Source: an uncultured Verrucomicrobiae bacterium (GTDB lineage Bacteria > Verrucomicrobiota > Verrucomicrobiia > Chthoniobacterales > JAATET01). Taken from it: a stretch of DNA of 64,000 bases. The stretch lies in contig CAVRCI010000011.1 of NCBI GenBank assembly GCA_963719495.1, forward strand, positions 1 to 64,000. The letters are read 5' to 3'. The translations under genes were made by a program, and so were the position numbers. Positions 20,315-33,738 of the stretch are shown in pieces (position 1 is the first letter of the stretch; each line of letters starts with the position of its first letter). The notes beneath the pieces are model-generated. The model was not told the origin of the DNA, searched no databases, and saw only the letters and a program-made list of their open reading frames with translations.

Positions 20315-21034
20315 ATGAAAGTCCCCCATCCCGTCCGATCGCTGCAATCCGCGTTCACCCTCATTGAAATTCTCGCCGTCGTCGCGATCGTCGGCACGCT
20401 CGCCGCGCTGAGTTTTTCCATGCTGTCCGGGACCCGAGCTAAAGCCAATGACGTGGCCTGTTTATCGAACCTCAAACAGCTCGGGGTCGGCGTGCAACTC
20501 TACTTGGCGGACAACGAAAGATATCCCGCCGGAACGTTCAACGGCGGCCCCTACGTGCATTGGACGGATGCCGTGCAGCCCTACCTCGGGAAGGACAATG
20601 TCCGGCGCGCCAATGGTCTGACGAAAATCTTCGATTGTCCGGCGAAGACGGTTTCGACCGGCCAACCCGAAATGGCCTACTCGGCGAATCCCAACGTGAT
20701 GCGGGACCTGGCTCGGAGCAGCGCCGCGCAGCAAGTCCACATGATGCAAGTCCAACGCCCCTCATCGACCATCATCCTGGCGGACGCGTGCCAGCTCAAC
20801 GAGAAGGGCTACGTCAAACCCTTCATGTTCAGCCAGCCGGGTATCTACGACCGTTCCGAAGGCAACGCCGATCAGGCGGTGCCGGTCGGTGCCGACAAGG
20901 ACGGGATCAATTTTGCCGGCATTCGCTACCGCCACGCGAACGACACCGCGGCCAACTTCCTCTTCGCCGATGGTCACGCCCAAAGCATCAAAAAAGGCGA
21001 TCTCCTCTACAAACATCTCCAGATCGCTTACTAA
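20315..21034 (+). CDS. Prepilin-type N-terminal cleavage protein with H-X9-DG domain (DUF1559-like)
   Basis: Motifs AFTLIEILAVVAIV, CLSNLKQLG, and C-terminal RHANDTAANFLFADGH. Confidence 0.9.
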   Translation: MKVPHPVRSLQSAFTLIEILAVVAIVGTLAALSFSMLSGTRAKANDVACLSNLKQLGVGVQLYLADNERYPAGTFNGGPYVHWTDAVQPYLGKDNVRRANGLTKIFDCPAKTVSTGQPEMAYSANPNVMRDLARSSAAQQVHMMQVQRPSSTIILADACQLNEKGYVKPFMFSQPGIYDRSEGNADQAVPVGADKDGINFAGIRYRHANDTAANFLFADGHAQSIKKGDLLYKHLQIAY

Positions 21035-21065
21035 GCGGCTCTTCTTCATTCTCCGATCCCTGACC

Positions 21066-21581
21066 ATGAAAAAAACGACCATCCTCGCGCTCACCGCCCT
21101 CGCCGCATTTTCAATCTCCGCACCCACCGCGTTCTGCCAGTCATCGGAAGGTGCGATTTTCGTCGAGGCCGAGTCGACCGCCGATCAGACGGGAGCCAAA
21201 GTCCTCGAGGATGGCGGGGCCTTCGGCACCTCCTACACGATGCACCCGAAGGAATTCAATCCGGTGTTCAAAATGGCAACGCCGACCGGTGCGCCGGAAT
21301 ATACCGTGTGGATGCGCGCTCGCGGCGTCGCCCTGCAGCTCAAGGCCGCACCGGAGATCAACGGCAAGCAGAAGGAAGTGAAGTGGGTGTGGAAACCGGG
21401 CGACGACTGGACTTGGAAATCCTTCGGGCGCTATCCTGTCGAGCAGCTCGGTGCCGAAGTCGTGATCATTCGCGGCAAGGACCCCATCGAGATCGCGGGG
21501 CTGGACGCCATCATTTTCGCGCCCGACGCGGAGTTCGATCCGACCCTCGCGGGTGCGGCGGAGGAACTCGCCGAGCAGTGA
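21066..21581 (+). CDS. Secreted hypothetical protein (possible carbohydrate-binding beta-sandwich)
   Basis: Signal peptide from ATG 21066; motifs FVEAES, YTVWMRAR, WTW, LDAIIF. Confidence 0.6.
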   Translation: MKKTTILALTALAAFSISAPTAFCQSSEGAIFVEAESTADQTGAKVLEDGGAFGTSYTMHPKEFNPVFKMATPTGAPEYTVWMRARGVALQLKAAPEINGKQKEVKWVWKPGDDWTWKSFGRYPVEQLGAEVVIIRGKDPIEIAGLDAIIFAPDAEFDPTLAGAAEELAEQ

Positions 21582-21669
21582 CCTGTTCCCGATCCCATCT
21601 CGGGGTGGACCCCGCTCCGCCGCTGGTCCGATGGGATTCGGAGCCCGAGGCCACGTCAACCGCGGCCGA

Positions 21670-23082
21670 ATGAATCGTCTGAATCTCATCGAGTTCATCT
21701 GGCACGATCTCGGGGACTGGCTCGGGTGCTACGGACGCGCGGGCGTTCGCACGCCGCACCTCGACCGGCTGGCCGCAGAGGGCGCGATTTTCGAGCGACA
21801 TTTTTGCACCGCGCCCCAGTGTTCGCCGAGCCGGGCGAGCTTGATGACGGGGCAATACTCCGCTCAACACGGCATCCTTGGATTGACCCACCGCGGTTGG
21901 AAATACGCGGAGGGCGTCGACGATTTGCCGACCATTCTGCGCGGTCACGGCGTGCGCTCGATCCTCTGCGGTCTTCAGCACGAACGCCACGACGCGCGCG
22001 ACGCCTGGCCGCGGAAGGACGTCGAACGCACCGGCGAAATCACGTTTTCCTACGACGAACGCTGGACGCTCGAGACCAAATCCCACCTCGTCGCCGACGC
22101 GGCGGTCGAGCGGTTGGACGCCGACGCCGAACGCCTGCGGGCCTCGCCGTTCTTCCTCTCGGTGGGGTTCTCCGACGTGCACCGGCTCTACGCGAACGAC
22201 TACGACCCCGCGGTCGTCGATCAGCTGGAGGTCCCCGCCTACCTCCCGGACGATCTCGCCACCCGGAAGGATCTCGCGACGTTCTGTCACCGCATCGAGC
22301 GGGCGGACGCCGCGGTCGGACGCATCCTCGAAGCGCTGGAGCGCGCGGGACTCGCGGACAACAGTCTCATTTTTTTCACCACCGACCACGGCCCCGAGAT
22401 GCCCCGCGCCAAGGCGACGCTCTACGATCCCGGCCTCAAGTGCGCGCTGCTCATGCGTCTGCCGGGCACCATCCCCGCGGGCTCCCGCGTCGATTCGCTC
22501 ACGAGCCACCTCGACCTCGCCCCCACGATCCTGACCGCGCTCGACCTGCCCGTTCCGTCCGCGTGCCAGGGCGACTCGCTCTGGCAGCGAATCACGACCG
22601 GCGAGGGTGGCACGCGCGACGTCGTCTTCGCCCAGATGACCTACCACAGCGGCGAATACGATCCAATGCGCTGCATCCGCACGAATCGCTGGAAGTTGAT
22701 CCGCAACTTCCTGCCCGGCTGGCCCGTCCAGATCTCCGGCCCCTACGCGGCGCGCTTCGGCGCGGACTACGTCACCCGCCACTTCGCCCAACTCCGGCCG
22801 GAGATCGAACTCTTCGACCTGGAAGCCGATCCCGACGAACTCACCAACCTCGCGGGTCAGCCCGAGGTAGCCAGTGTCGAGGCGGACCTCACTCGGCGGC
22901 TGCGTGAATTCCTCGTCGCCACCGAAGACCCGATTCTCGACGGCCAGATCCCCCACGCCGCGCCGGAGCTCGCGGGCTGCGCCTGCCGTTGGGCGAAATT
23001 CCAACCCCGGCACCCGGAGCGCGAGAACTTCCAATTCGAACTCGTCGTCACGTCCGACTTCGGCGAGCAGCCGCTGCCATGA
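21670..23082 (+). CDS. Sulfatase (Cys-type, S1 family)
   Basis: Signature CSPSRASLMTG; also HDLG, TTDHG, ELFDLEADPDE. Confidence 0.93.
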   Translation: MNRLNLIEFIWHDLGDWLGCYGRAGVRTPHLDRLAAEGAIFERHFCTAPQCSPSRASLMTGQYSAQHGILGLTHRGWKYAEGVDDLPTILRGHGVRSILCGLQHERHDARDAWPRKDVERTGEITFSYDERWTLETKSHLVADAAVERLDADAERLRASPFFLSVGFSDVHRLYANDYDPAVVDQLEVPAYLPDDLATRKDLATFCHRIERADAAVGRILEALERAGLADNSLIFFTTDHGPEMPRAKATLYDPGLKCALLMRLPGTIPAGSRVDSLTSHLDLAPTILTALDLPVPSACQGDSLWQRITTGEGGTRDVVFAQMTYHSGEYDPMRCIRTNRWKLIRNFLPGWPVQISGPYAARFGADYVTRHFAQLRPEIELFDLEADPDELTNLAGQPEVASVEADLTRRLREFLVATEDPILDGQIPHAAPELAGCACRWAKFQPRHPERENFQFELVVTSDFGEQPLP

Positions 23083-25181
23083 GCGTCTCGCTCTCGGGCG
23101 GCTTTTCGCTCCTCTCCGAGTTTCGGCACCGCCCGATCCAGCTCGCCGTCGAGCGGTTGCGGCTCGACTGGCGGGCCGTCTTCTCGGCGCCGCTCGGGCG
23201 CGGCGAGGCGGTCGCCGCCGATCAGATCCGTCTCCGACCGTTCACGTCCGACCTCGCGGAGGAAAGCTTCCGCGTCGCGCGCGACCCAGCGACAAATTCT
23301 CTGGAAGTCTCGTCCGGCGGCATTCTCGGCTGCGTCTACGCCCTGCACGCAATCAGCGTGCGCCTCCTCGGCACCGACGCGTTCGACTTTTGGACCCAAT
23401 CCGTTCCCCAACTCCGCGCCCGGATCACGGTGACCCACGACCTCGAGCCAGCCGCCGCCACGACGCGTTGGCGCGGTTGGTTCATCAACGACGAGGATTG
23501 CCTGCTCGGATTGGACGACAGTCTGGTCATTCAGGAGGACGTCTGGCGCGGTCTCTTCGAATCGATCCTGCGCGCGGGATACAATCTCGTCATTCCCGGC
23601 ACGGGCATTTCGCCCGACGCCTTCCAGCTCGATCTCGCCACCGAATACGGACTCTGGATCGGGCAGCACCACGCCGAGCCGCTGGGCGCTGAGCTCTTCG
23701 GCAATGCCTTCCCCGGCCAGCCGATGCACTACCCCGAGTGCAAACCGCGGCTCTTCGGTCTCTACGAGGACGCGGTCCGGCACGCCGCCGGTCGCCGGGT
23801 CGTCTGGACCCTTGGGCTGCGCGGTCAGGGCGACAAGACCTTCGCCCACGAGGACGCGCGCTACGCGACCCCCGCCGCGCTCGGGGCGCTCATTTCCGAC
23901 GTCGCCCGCGAGCAACGCGCGCTCGTCGAGTCCCGTTGCGCCGGCCCCCAGCATTTCGCCTACTACCTCTACTCCGAGAGCATGGATCTCTACCGGGGCG
24001 GGCACCTTCAGCTCGATCCCGACGTCATTCTCATCTGGGCGGACAACGGCTTCGGCGGCCTGAGGCGGCGGCGCAACCTCGGCGAGGCGAACCCCGAGCT
24101 GCTCGCGCTCCCGACCCCGGCGGAAGCCGCCACGACCACCCACGGTCTCTACTACCACCTGAGTTTTTACGACGTTCAGGTCGCGGGAAAACTGACCCCG
24201 TGGGTGGCCCCCGCGATCATCGCGGATCAAATCCTCGAACTTCGCAGCCGCGCCCCCGTCGCCTTCGCGCTCGTCAACGTCAGCAACGTGAAACCCTTTC
24301 TCGCCCAGATCGAACTCTTCCGCCGCGTGCTCGCCGCAGACGCTGCGAGCGAAGATCCGACCGCCATCTGCCGAGCCGCGTCGGAAGACTGGTGGAAATC
24401 GCGCTGCCCCGACCACTCGGCGTCCCTCGTGGCGCTGGAGCAGGATTACTTCGAGGCCCACCCCGCCTTCGGACCATTTCCCGATTCCCGCATGGGCGAA
24501 ATGGCCGGCCACATTCTGTTACGCGCGCTGATCCGAGCGGCCCTCACCAACCGCGGTCTCCCCGTCCACCTGTCCTTCCTCGACGAGGCCCCCGGCGATC
24601 TTTCCATTCTTCTCGACGAACTTGCGAAGCGCGTCGAGCCGACCGTCCCCGCGTGGATCGCCATCCGCATGAAGGCACTCGAGATCGGCACCCAGCTCAC
24701 CGGCGAGGCCGCGACGTTTTTCCAACGCGACCTCCAAATGCACTGCCTCTTCAAGAGCGCGACGTTCGAGGGCTTCGCCGAAGCTCTTCGCGGTCTCCGT
24801 TCCTTTCTCGACGGAGATTTCGAGTCCGCGTTCGTCGTCCTGAACTCCGCGCTCGACCACGCCATCGCCGCTCGAGACGCGCTGACCGTCGGCGACGTCG
24901 GGAGGTGGGAAAACTTCCACCGCGGCGACTGGCTCACCAACGTCGACGAGACGATCCGGCATCTCTCGCTGGCGCGCGATACCGCCCGACTGCACGGCGA
25001 TCCCGCGTTTTCCTGGGATTCGTGGTCGAGCCGCGCCGCCCTCCCCGAGCCGAAGCACCTCGTCACCGTAACGGCGCGAACGTTTGACTCCCCGCAACTG
25101 GCCGACATGATGGTAGGAACCGCGGCGCGGAGTTCCCCAAATCCCCGCTTCCCTTTGGCCTCCGCCGAGACGACCGGGTAA
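23079..25181 (+). CDS. Glycoside hydrolase family 115-like (alpha-glucuronidase)
   Basis: Motifs RGWFINDE, HHAEPLG, WTLGLRGQGD, IWADNGFG, GLYYH. ATG overlaps the sulfatase stop. Confidence 0.78.
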   Translation: MSVSLSGGFSLLSEFRHRPIQLAVERLRLDWRAVFSAPLGRGEAVAADQIRLRPFTSDLAEESFRVARDPATNSLEVSSGGILGCVYALHAISVRLLGTDAFDFWTQSVPQLRARITVTHDLEPAAATTRWRGWFINDEDCLLGLDDSLVIQEDVWRGLFESILRAGYNLVIPGTGISPDAFQLDLATEYGLWIGQHHAEPLGAELFGNAFPGQPMHYPECKPRLFGLYEDAVRHAAGRRVVWTLGLRGQGDKTFAHEDARYATPAALGALISDVAREQRALVESRCAGPQHFAYYLYSESMDLYRGGHLQLDPDVILIWADNGFGGLRRRRNLGEANPELLALPTPAEAATTTHGLYYHLSFYDVQVAGKLTPWVAPAIIADQILELRSRAPVAFALVNVSNVKPFLAQIELFRRVLAADAASEDPTAICRAASEDWWKSRCPDHSASLVALEQDYFEAHPAFGPFPDSRMGEMAGHILLRALIRAALTNRGLPVHLSFLDEAPGDLSILLDELAKRVEPTVPAWIAIRMKALEIGTQLTGEAATFFQRDLQMHCLFKSATFEGFAEALRGLRSFLDGDFESAFVVLNSALDHAIAARDALTVGDVGRWENFHRGDWLTNVDETIRHLSLARDTARLHGDPAFSWDSWSSRAALPEPKHLVTVTARTFDSPQLADMMVGTAARSSPNPRFPLASAETTG

Positions 25182-25210
25182 CCGTCCCCCGGCCGAGCCC
25201 CCCCGCCCCC

Positions 25211-26314
25211 ATGAATTCTGGCCGCATCACCCTCCGCGACATCGCCGAACGTGCCGGACTGTCCCGAGCCGCGGTCTCCCTGGCGCTTCGGAACGACGCC
25301 TCGCTCCCGAAACGCACGATCGAGCGCGTGCGCCGGATCGCCGACGAACTCGGTTTCTCGCCCGACCCGAACGTCTCGAAACTGATGGCCCACCTCCGGC
25401 TCGACCGGTCCGCCGCCTACCAAGCGACCATCGCCTGGCTGACCGCCTGGCCCACGGAGGAAGGCTGGCACGTCTGGCTGCGGGAGAAGCGGCTCTTCGC
25501 CGGTGCCACCGCCCGGGCCGAGACGCTCGGCTACAAACTCGAGCCGTTCTGGCTCCGCGCCCCGAGAATGACGGCCCGCCGCGCGACCGCCATTCTCCAA
25601 TCCCGCGGCATCGAGACGGTTCTCGTCGCTCCCCTCCCCGACGGGACGACGACCCTCGATTTCGAGTGGGATCAGTTCTCGGTCGCGGCCGTCGGACATT
25701 CGCTGGTCGACCCCGACCTCCACCGCATCGAAAGCGCCCACGCCTACAACTTCACCGAAGCCCTGCGCCAGATCCGGTTCGGCGGGGTGCGCCGGATCGG
25801 GTTCATCGAAAGCCACGGCACCGATCTGCGCATGTCGCACGAGTGGACCGGCGCATTCCTCGTCGATCAATTGAGCGTGCCGGAAGCCGACCGCGTCCCG
25901 CTGCTCATGCAGGAGGAGATCGGGCGCGCCGATTTCCAGGAATGGTTCACGCGCCACGCTCCCGAAGTGATCATCGCAAACGAGTGCCCCGTCCTCCAGT
26001 GGCTGGGCGAGATGGGCCTCCAAGCCCCCCGCGACGTCGGGCACGTCCGGCTCGACTGCGGCGGACCCGAGTTGCTGGATCGCTACGAATGGGGGTTCTC
26101 CGGCACCTGGCCCTCCGGCATGGATCAACTCCCCGAAGAAATCGGTGCCACCGCCGTCGACACCGTCATCGCCCAACTCCACCTCCGCCAACGCGGCGTC
26201 CCCGCCAACCCCAAAACCACCCTCGTCAAAGGCCGCTGGCGGCAGCTACAGACCTTCACCGCATCGAAGGCGGGTGGAAAACGGAAGAAGCGGCGTCAAC
26301 TCAACGTCAAGTGA
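25211..26314 (+). CDS. LacI-family transcriptional regulator (paralog 2)
   Basis: HTH ITLRDIAERAGLSRAAVSLALRN; collinear and highly similar to 7483-8580. Confidence 0.92.
   Translation: MNSGRITLRDIAERAGLSRAAVSLALRNDASLPKRTIERVRRIADELGFSPDPNVSKLMAHLRLDRSAAYQATIAWLTAWPTEEGWHVWLREKRLFAGATARAETLGYKLEPFWLRAPRMTARRATAILQSRGIETVLVAPLPDGTTTLDFEWDQFSVAAVGHSLVDPDLHRIESAHAYNFTEALRQIRFGGVRRIGFIESHGTDLRMSHEWTGAFLVDQLSVPEADRVPLLMQEEIGRADFQEWFTRHAPEVIIANECPVLQWLGEMGLQAPRDVGHVRLDCGGPELLDRYEWGFSGTWPSGMDQLPEEIGATAVDTVIAQLHLRQRGVPANPKTTLVKGRWRQLQTFTASKAGGKRKKRRQLNVK
26298..26313. promoter_or_regulatory. Putative LacI-type operator, site 6 (AACTCAACGTCAAGTG)
   Basis: Variant motif within the lacI 3' end, upstream of a PEP-CTERM gene. 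TAAGTT starts 41 bp after the central C and ends 7 nt before the ATG. Confidence 0.6.
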
Positions 26315-26358
26315 CGGCTCGTTTTGAGATCGGCGAGTCGTTGACTAAGTTGAGGTTC

Positions 26359-27222
26359 ATGAAAACCAAAATCCCCTCTCTCCCCCTGTTCTCCTTGGCT
26401 GCCGCCGCGCTCGTCGCGATTCCCTCCGCTCGCAGCGCGGACGTGATCCAAGTGGCGAACAACGCGGAATGGAATCTGGCAACGACTTGGGACGATGGCG
26501 CCGCTCCCGTGGGCGGGAACGATTATTTCACGAGTAACGATCTTGGCGTCTCCGAGGAAACTCTCCGCGGACCATTCGGAGGGGCAACTTTCGAAGGCGG
26601 CTCCCTGACGATCGTGTCAGGAAGTCGACTACTCACCAAGGGGAGCGGAACCAGCACTTTCACGATTTCGAATCTCATTCTCGACGGGGGTAGGATTACC
26701 CACGGTGACGCAAACCCGCTGCACATCTTGGCAGGTGGACTCAATGTCGCGAGTTCTTCGGAGATTACCCTCTCGCGCGGCACCGGACAGACAAAGAGCT
26801 TTCAGATCGATTCGATTATGACTGGTGGTGGGAATTTGACACTAACTGGCGGTGGTCCGTTTGTCTTGAACGCCTCTGGCAGCTCTTATTCTGGCACGTT
26901 CCTCGGCGTCAGCAACGTCATTACGGACTTCAACCAAAGCTACGCCGCCTCTTCCCTTAATCTGGCGTCGGGTTCAATGCTTCAGCTCGACGGAGGCATC
27001 GATCTCACCTTTGCCAACGTCACCTTCGGAGCAACCACTCTCGCGCCGGGCACTTACACCTACGCCTTTCTGAATTCCACCTACGACGCCTTCCTCGTGG
27101 ACGGTGGCAGCGGCTCTCTCACGGTCGCCGCAGTCCCCGAGCCGACCACCACAGCACTGCTGATCGGAGCCGGACTTACCGGACTCATCTTGGTGCGTCG
27201 CCGCCGCGCCGCGCGAGCCTGA
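26359..27222 (+). CDS. PEP-CTERM sorting-domain surface protein
   Basis: ATG at 26359; signal peptide, beta-rich body, C-terminal VPEPTT, TM helix and RRRR. Confidence 0.93.
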   Translation: MKTKIPSLPLFSLAAAALVAIPSARSADVIQVANNAEWNLATTWDDGAAPVGGNDYFTSNDLGVSEETLRGPFGGATFEGGSLTIVSGSRLLTKGSGTSTFTISNLILDGGRITHGDANPLHILAGGLNVASSSEITLSRGTGQTKSFQIDSIMTGGGNLTLTGGGPFVLNASGSSYSGTFLGVSNVITDFNQSYAASSLNLASGSMLQLDGGIDLTFANVTFGATTLAPGTYTYAFLNSTYDAFLVDGGSGSLTVAAVPEPTTTALLIGAGLTGLILVRRRRAARA

Positions 27223-27262
27223 CATTCCAGACTCTCTAATTTTGGGGAAACGCAACCGCGTG

Positions 27263-27303
27263 TCGCCCGGTCGGGAGTCTTCCCGACCGGGCGATTTCCT
27301 TTC
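27263..27303 (+). terminator. Intrinsic terminator-like hairpin
   Basis: TCGCCCGGTCGGGA-GTCT-TCCCGACCGGGCGA followed by TTTCCTTT. Confidence 0.7.
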
Positions 27304-27320
27304 CAACCTTGGCCTGAACC

Positions 27321-31824
<4,504 letters not shown>

Positions 31825-31897
31825 ATCAGTCGCGGACCTCGGTCGATGGCAAAACGCCAATGGCACCAAATCATCTCCCGGAGGGTCCCAAGCCCCC

Positions 31898-31921
31898 GGT
31901 GGGCGAGGCTCCCGCCGAGCC
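31898..31921 (-). repeat. REP-like palindrome, family A
   Basis: Reverse-complement copy of GGCTCGnnnGGAGnCTCGCCCTCC; other copies at 38068-38091, 39399-39422 and 55708-55731, all intergenic. Confidence 0.7.
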
Positions 31922-32022
31922 GTGACCGCCTCCTCCACCTCCGCAAAGCCCAAGGCCCGACCTTGCCCCAGCGACGCCAAAACACTAATCCCTAACCGAC
32001 GGCCCACCCCGCCCGAATCCCA

Positions 32023-32256
32023 ATGTCCCAACCATCCGAAAACCCGCGCCCCGTGTTCGTTCAAGGTACTCCGATCGAGCTCTGCCAGTTTCTCAAGCTG
32101 GGAGGGTTGGCCCAAAGCGGCGGCGAGGCAAAATGGGTCATCAACGAGGGCCTGATTTCCGTCAACGGAGAGGTCGAGACCCAGAAGCGGAAGAAACTCC
32201 TCGGAGGAGACAAGGTCACCTTCCGCAACGAGACGCTGATCGTGGAGTGTCCGTGA
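32023..32256 (+). CDS. S4-domain RNA-binding protein (YbcJ/YaaA-like)
   Basis: IELCQFLK..SGGEAK..VNGEVETQKRKKL..GDKV. Confidence 0.88.
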   Translation: MSQPSENPRPVFVQGTPIELCQFLKLGGLAQSGGEAKWVINEGLISVNGEVETQKRKKLLGGDKVTFRNETLIVECP

Positions 32257-33557
32257 GCGACGACGAGTCGGATGATCGCGCGGCGGAGATTCCTTCCGCC
32301 GCCGCGACGTTTTCTTCACTCGGTCTCTCCGAACCTATCCTCCTCGCCGCCGAAGGCTGTGAATATTCCGAGCCGACGCCTATTCAGGCCGCCGCGATCC
32401 CCGCGATCCTAAGTGGTCGGGACGTTTGGGCTTCCGCGCGGACCGGATCCGGAAAAACCGCCGCCTTCGTCCTACCGCTGCTCCAGAATTTGGGAGAAAC
32501 TTCGCGACCGCCCGGCCGCTTCGTCAGCGCGCTCGTTTTGGTTCCCACTCGCGAGTTGGCAGCCCAGGTCTTCGACGTTCTCTGCGAAGCCAAGCGTCAT
32601 CTGCTCCATCGGCTGAGGACCCACCTGGTCCACGGTGGAGTCTCCATCAATCCCCAGATGATGGGCTTGGGAGGCGGGGCCGACGTCCTGGTCGCAACTC
32701 CCGGTCGACTCCTCGACCTGATCGATCACAACGCCCTTTCGCTTTCCGCAGTTTCGATCCTGATCCTCGACGAAGCCGATCGTCTCCTCGACGAGGGATT
32801 CAGCAAAGAGCTCGACCGCATCGTGAGTCTACTCCCGGCCACCCGGCAGAGTCTGCTTTTCTCGGCCACGTTCCCCGCCGCGGTGCAAAGTCTGGCGGCC
32901 AGCTTGCTCACCGATCCGGTCCGGATCGAGGTGACGATGGCGGCCGACCCCGACCCGCGGATTCATCAACGGGTGATCGAGGTCGACGTCCCGCGCCGGA
33001 CTCAGTTGCTCCGGCATCTGTTGGCGGAAAATCAATGGTCCGGCGTGCTCGTGTTTGTCGCCAGGAAGTATTCGACCGAACACGTCGCCGACAAACTGCG
33101 ACGCTTGAAGATCCGGGCCGAGGCCCTGCACGGCGGACTGAGCCAAGGGGCCCGCACCGAGGCCCTGGCCAACTTCAAGGCGGGCAAAATCCGGGTGCTC
33201 GTCGCCACGGACCTCGCCGCCCGCGGCCTCGACGTCGCCGGTCTCCCCGCCGTGGTGAATTACGATCTCCCGCGCTCCGCCGTCGACTACACCCACCGCA
33301 TCGGTCGCACCGGCCGGGCGGGCGAGGCTGGGACCGCGATCAGTTTCGTCAGCGCCAGCACCCAGGCCCATTTCCGGCTCATCGAGAAACGTAACCATCT
33401 CTGGCTGGAGCGAGAAGAAATCGAAGGCTTCGAGCCGACGGAAACCGAGGAGCCGCCCCCAAGCACCGGCGGAATCAAAGGTCGCCGCCCCAGCAGGAAA
33501 GACAAACTCCGGGCCGCACGGGCGAAAGCCGCCACGCATCCGGAGACCGCTCATTGA
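32253..33557 (+). CDS. rhlE: DEAD-box RNA helicase (RhlE-like)
   Basis: GTG at 32253. Motifs TGSGKT, PTRELA, GGVSINPQ, DEAD, SAT, ARGLD, HRIGRTGR. Confidence 0.85.
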   Translation: MSDDESDDRAAEIPSAAATFSSLGLSEPILLAAEGCEYSEPTPIQAAAIPAILSGRDVWASARTGSGKTAAFVLPLLQNLGETSRPPGRFVSALVLVPTRELAAQVFDVLCEAKRHLLHRLRTHLVHGGVSINPQMMGLGGGADVLVATPGRLLDLIDHNALSLSAVSILILDEADRLLDEGFSKELDRIVSLLPATRQSLLFSATFPAAVQSLAASLLTDPVRIEVTMAADPDPRIHQRVIEVDVPRRTQLLRHLLAENQWSGVLVFVARKYSTEHVADKLRRLKIRAEALHGGLSQGARTEALANFKAGKIRVLVATDLAARGLDVAGLPAVVNYDLPRSAVDYTHRIGRTGRAGEAGTAISFVSASTQAHFRLIEKRNHLWLEREEIEGFEPTETEEPPPSTGGIKGRRPSRKDKLRAARAKAATHPETAH

Positions 33558-33689
33558 ACCGCGAATGAAAGCGAAAGGACGCGATCAGGGAATTGTGAGT
33601 CGGTGATCCGGGTCGGGATGACGCCCTCCTCGCCAATCGCGCGGCGACCCCCCGTTTGACCTCTCACCATTCGTGTCCATTCGCGGTTC
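33556..33689. repeat. Miniature inverted-repeat element between convergent genes
   Basis: Perfect 12-bp inverted repeat GAACCGCGAATG (33556) / CATTCGCGGTTC (33678-33689), with sub-repeated CATTCG. Confidence 0.55.
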
Positions 33690-33738
33690 CACTTCCGCGA
33701 CGACTCCCTCGATGGCTTTGTCGCCGATTTGCGTTTCT

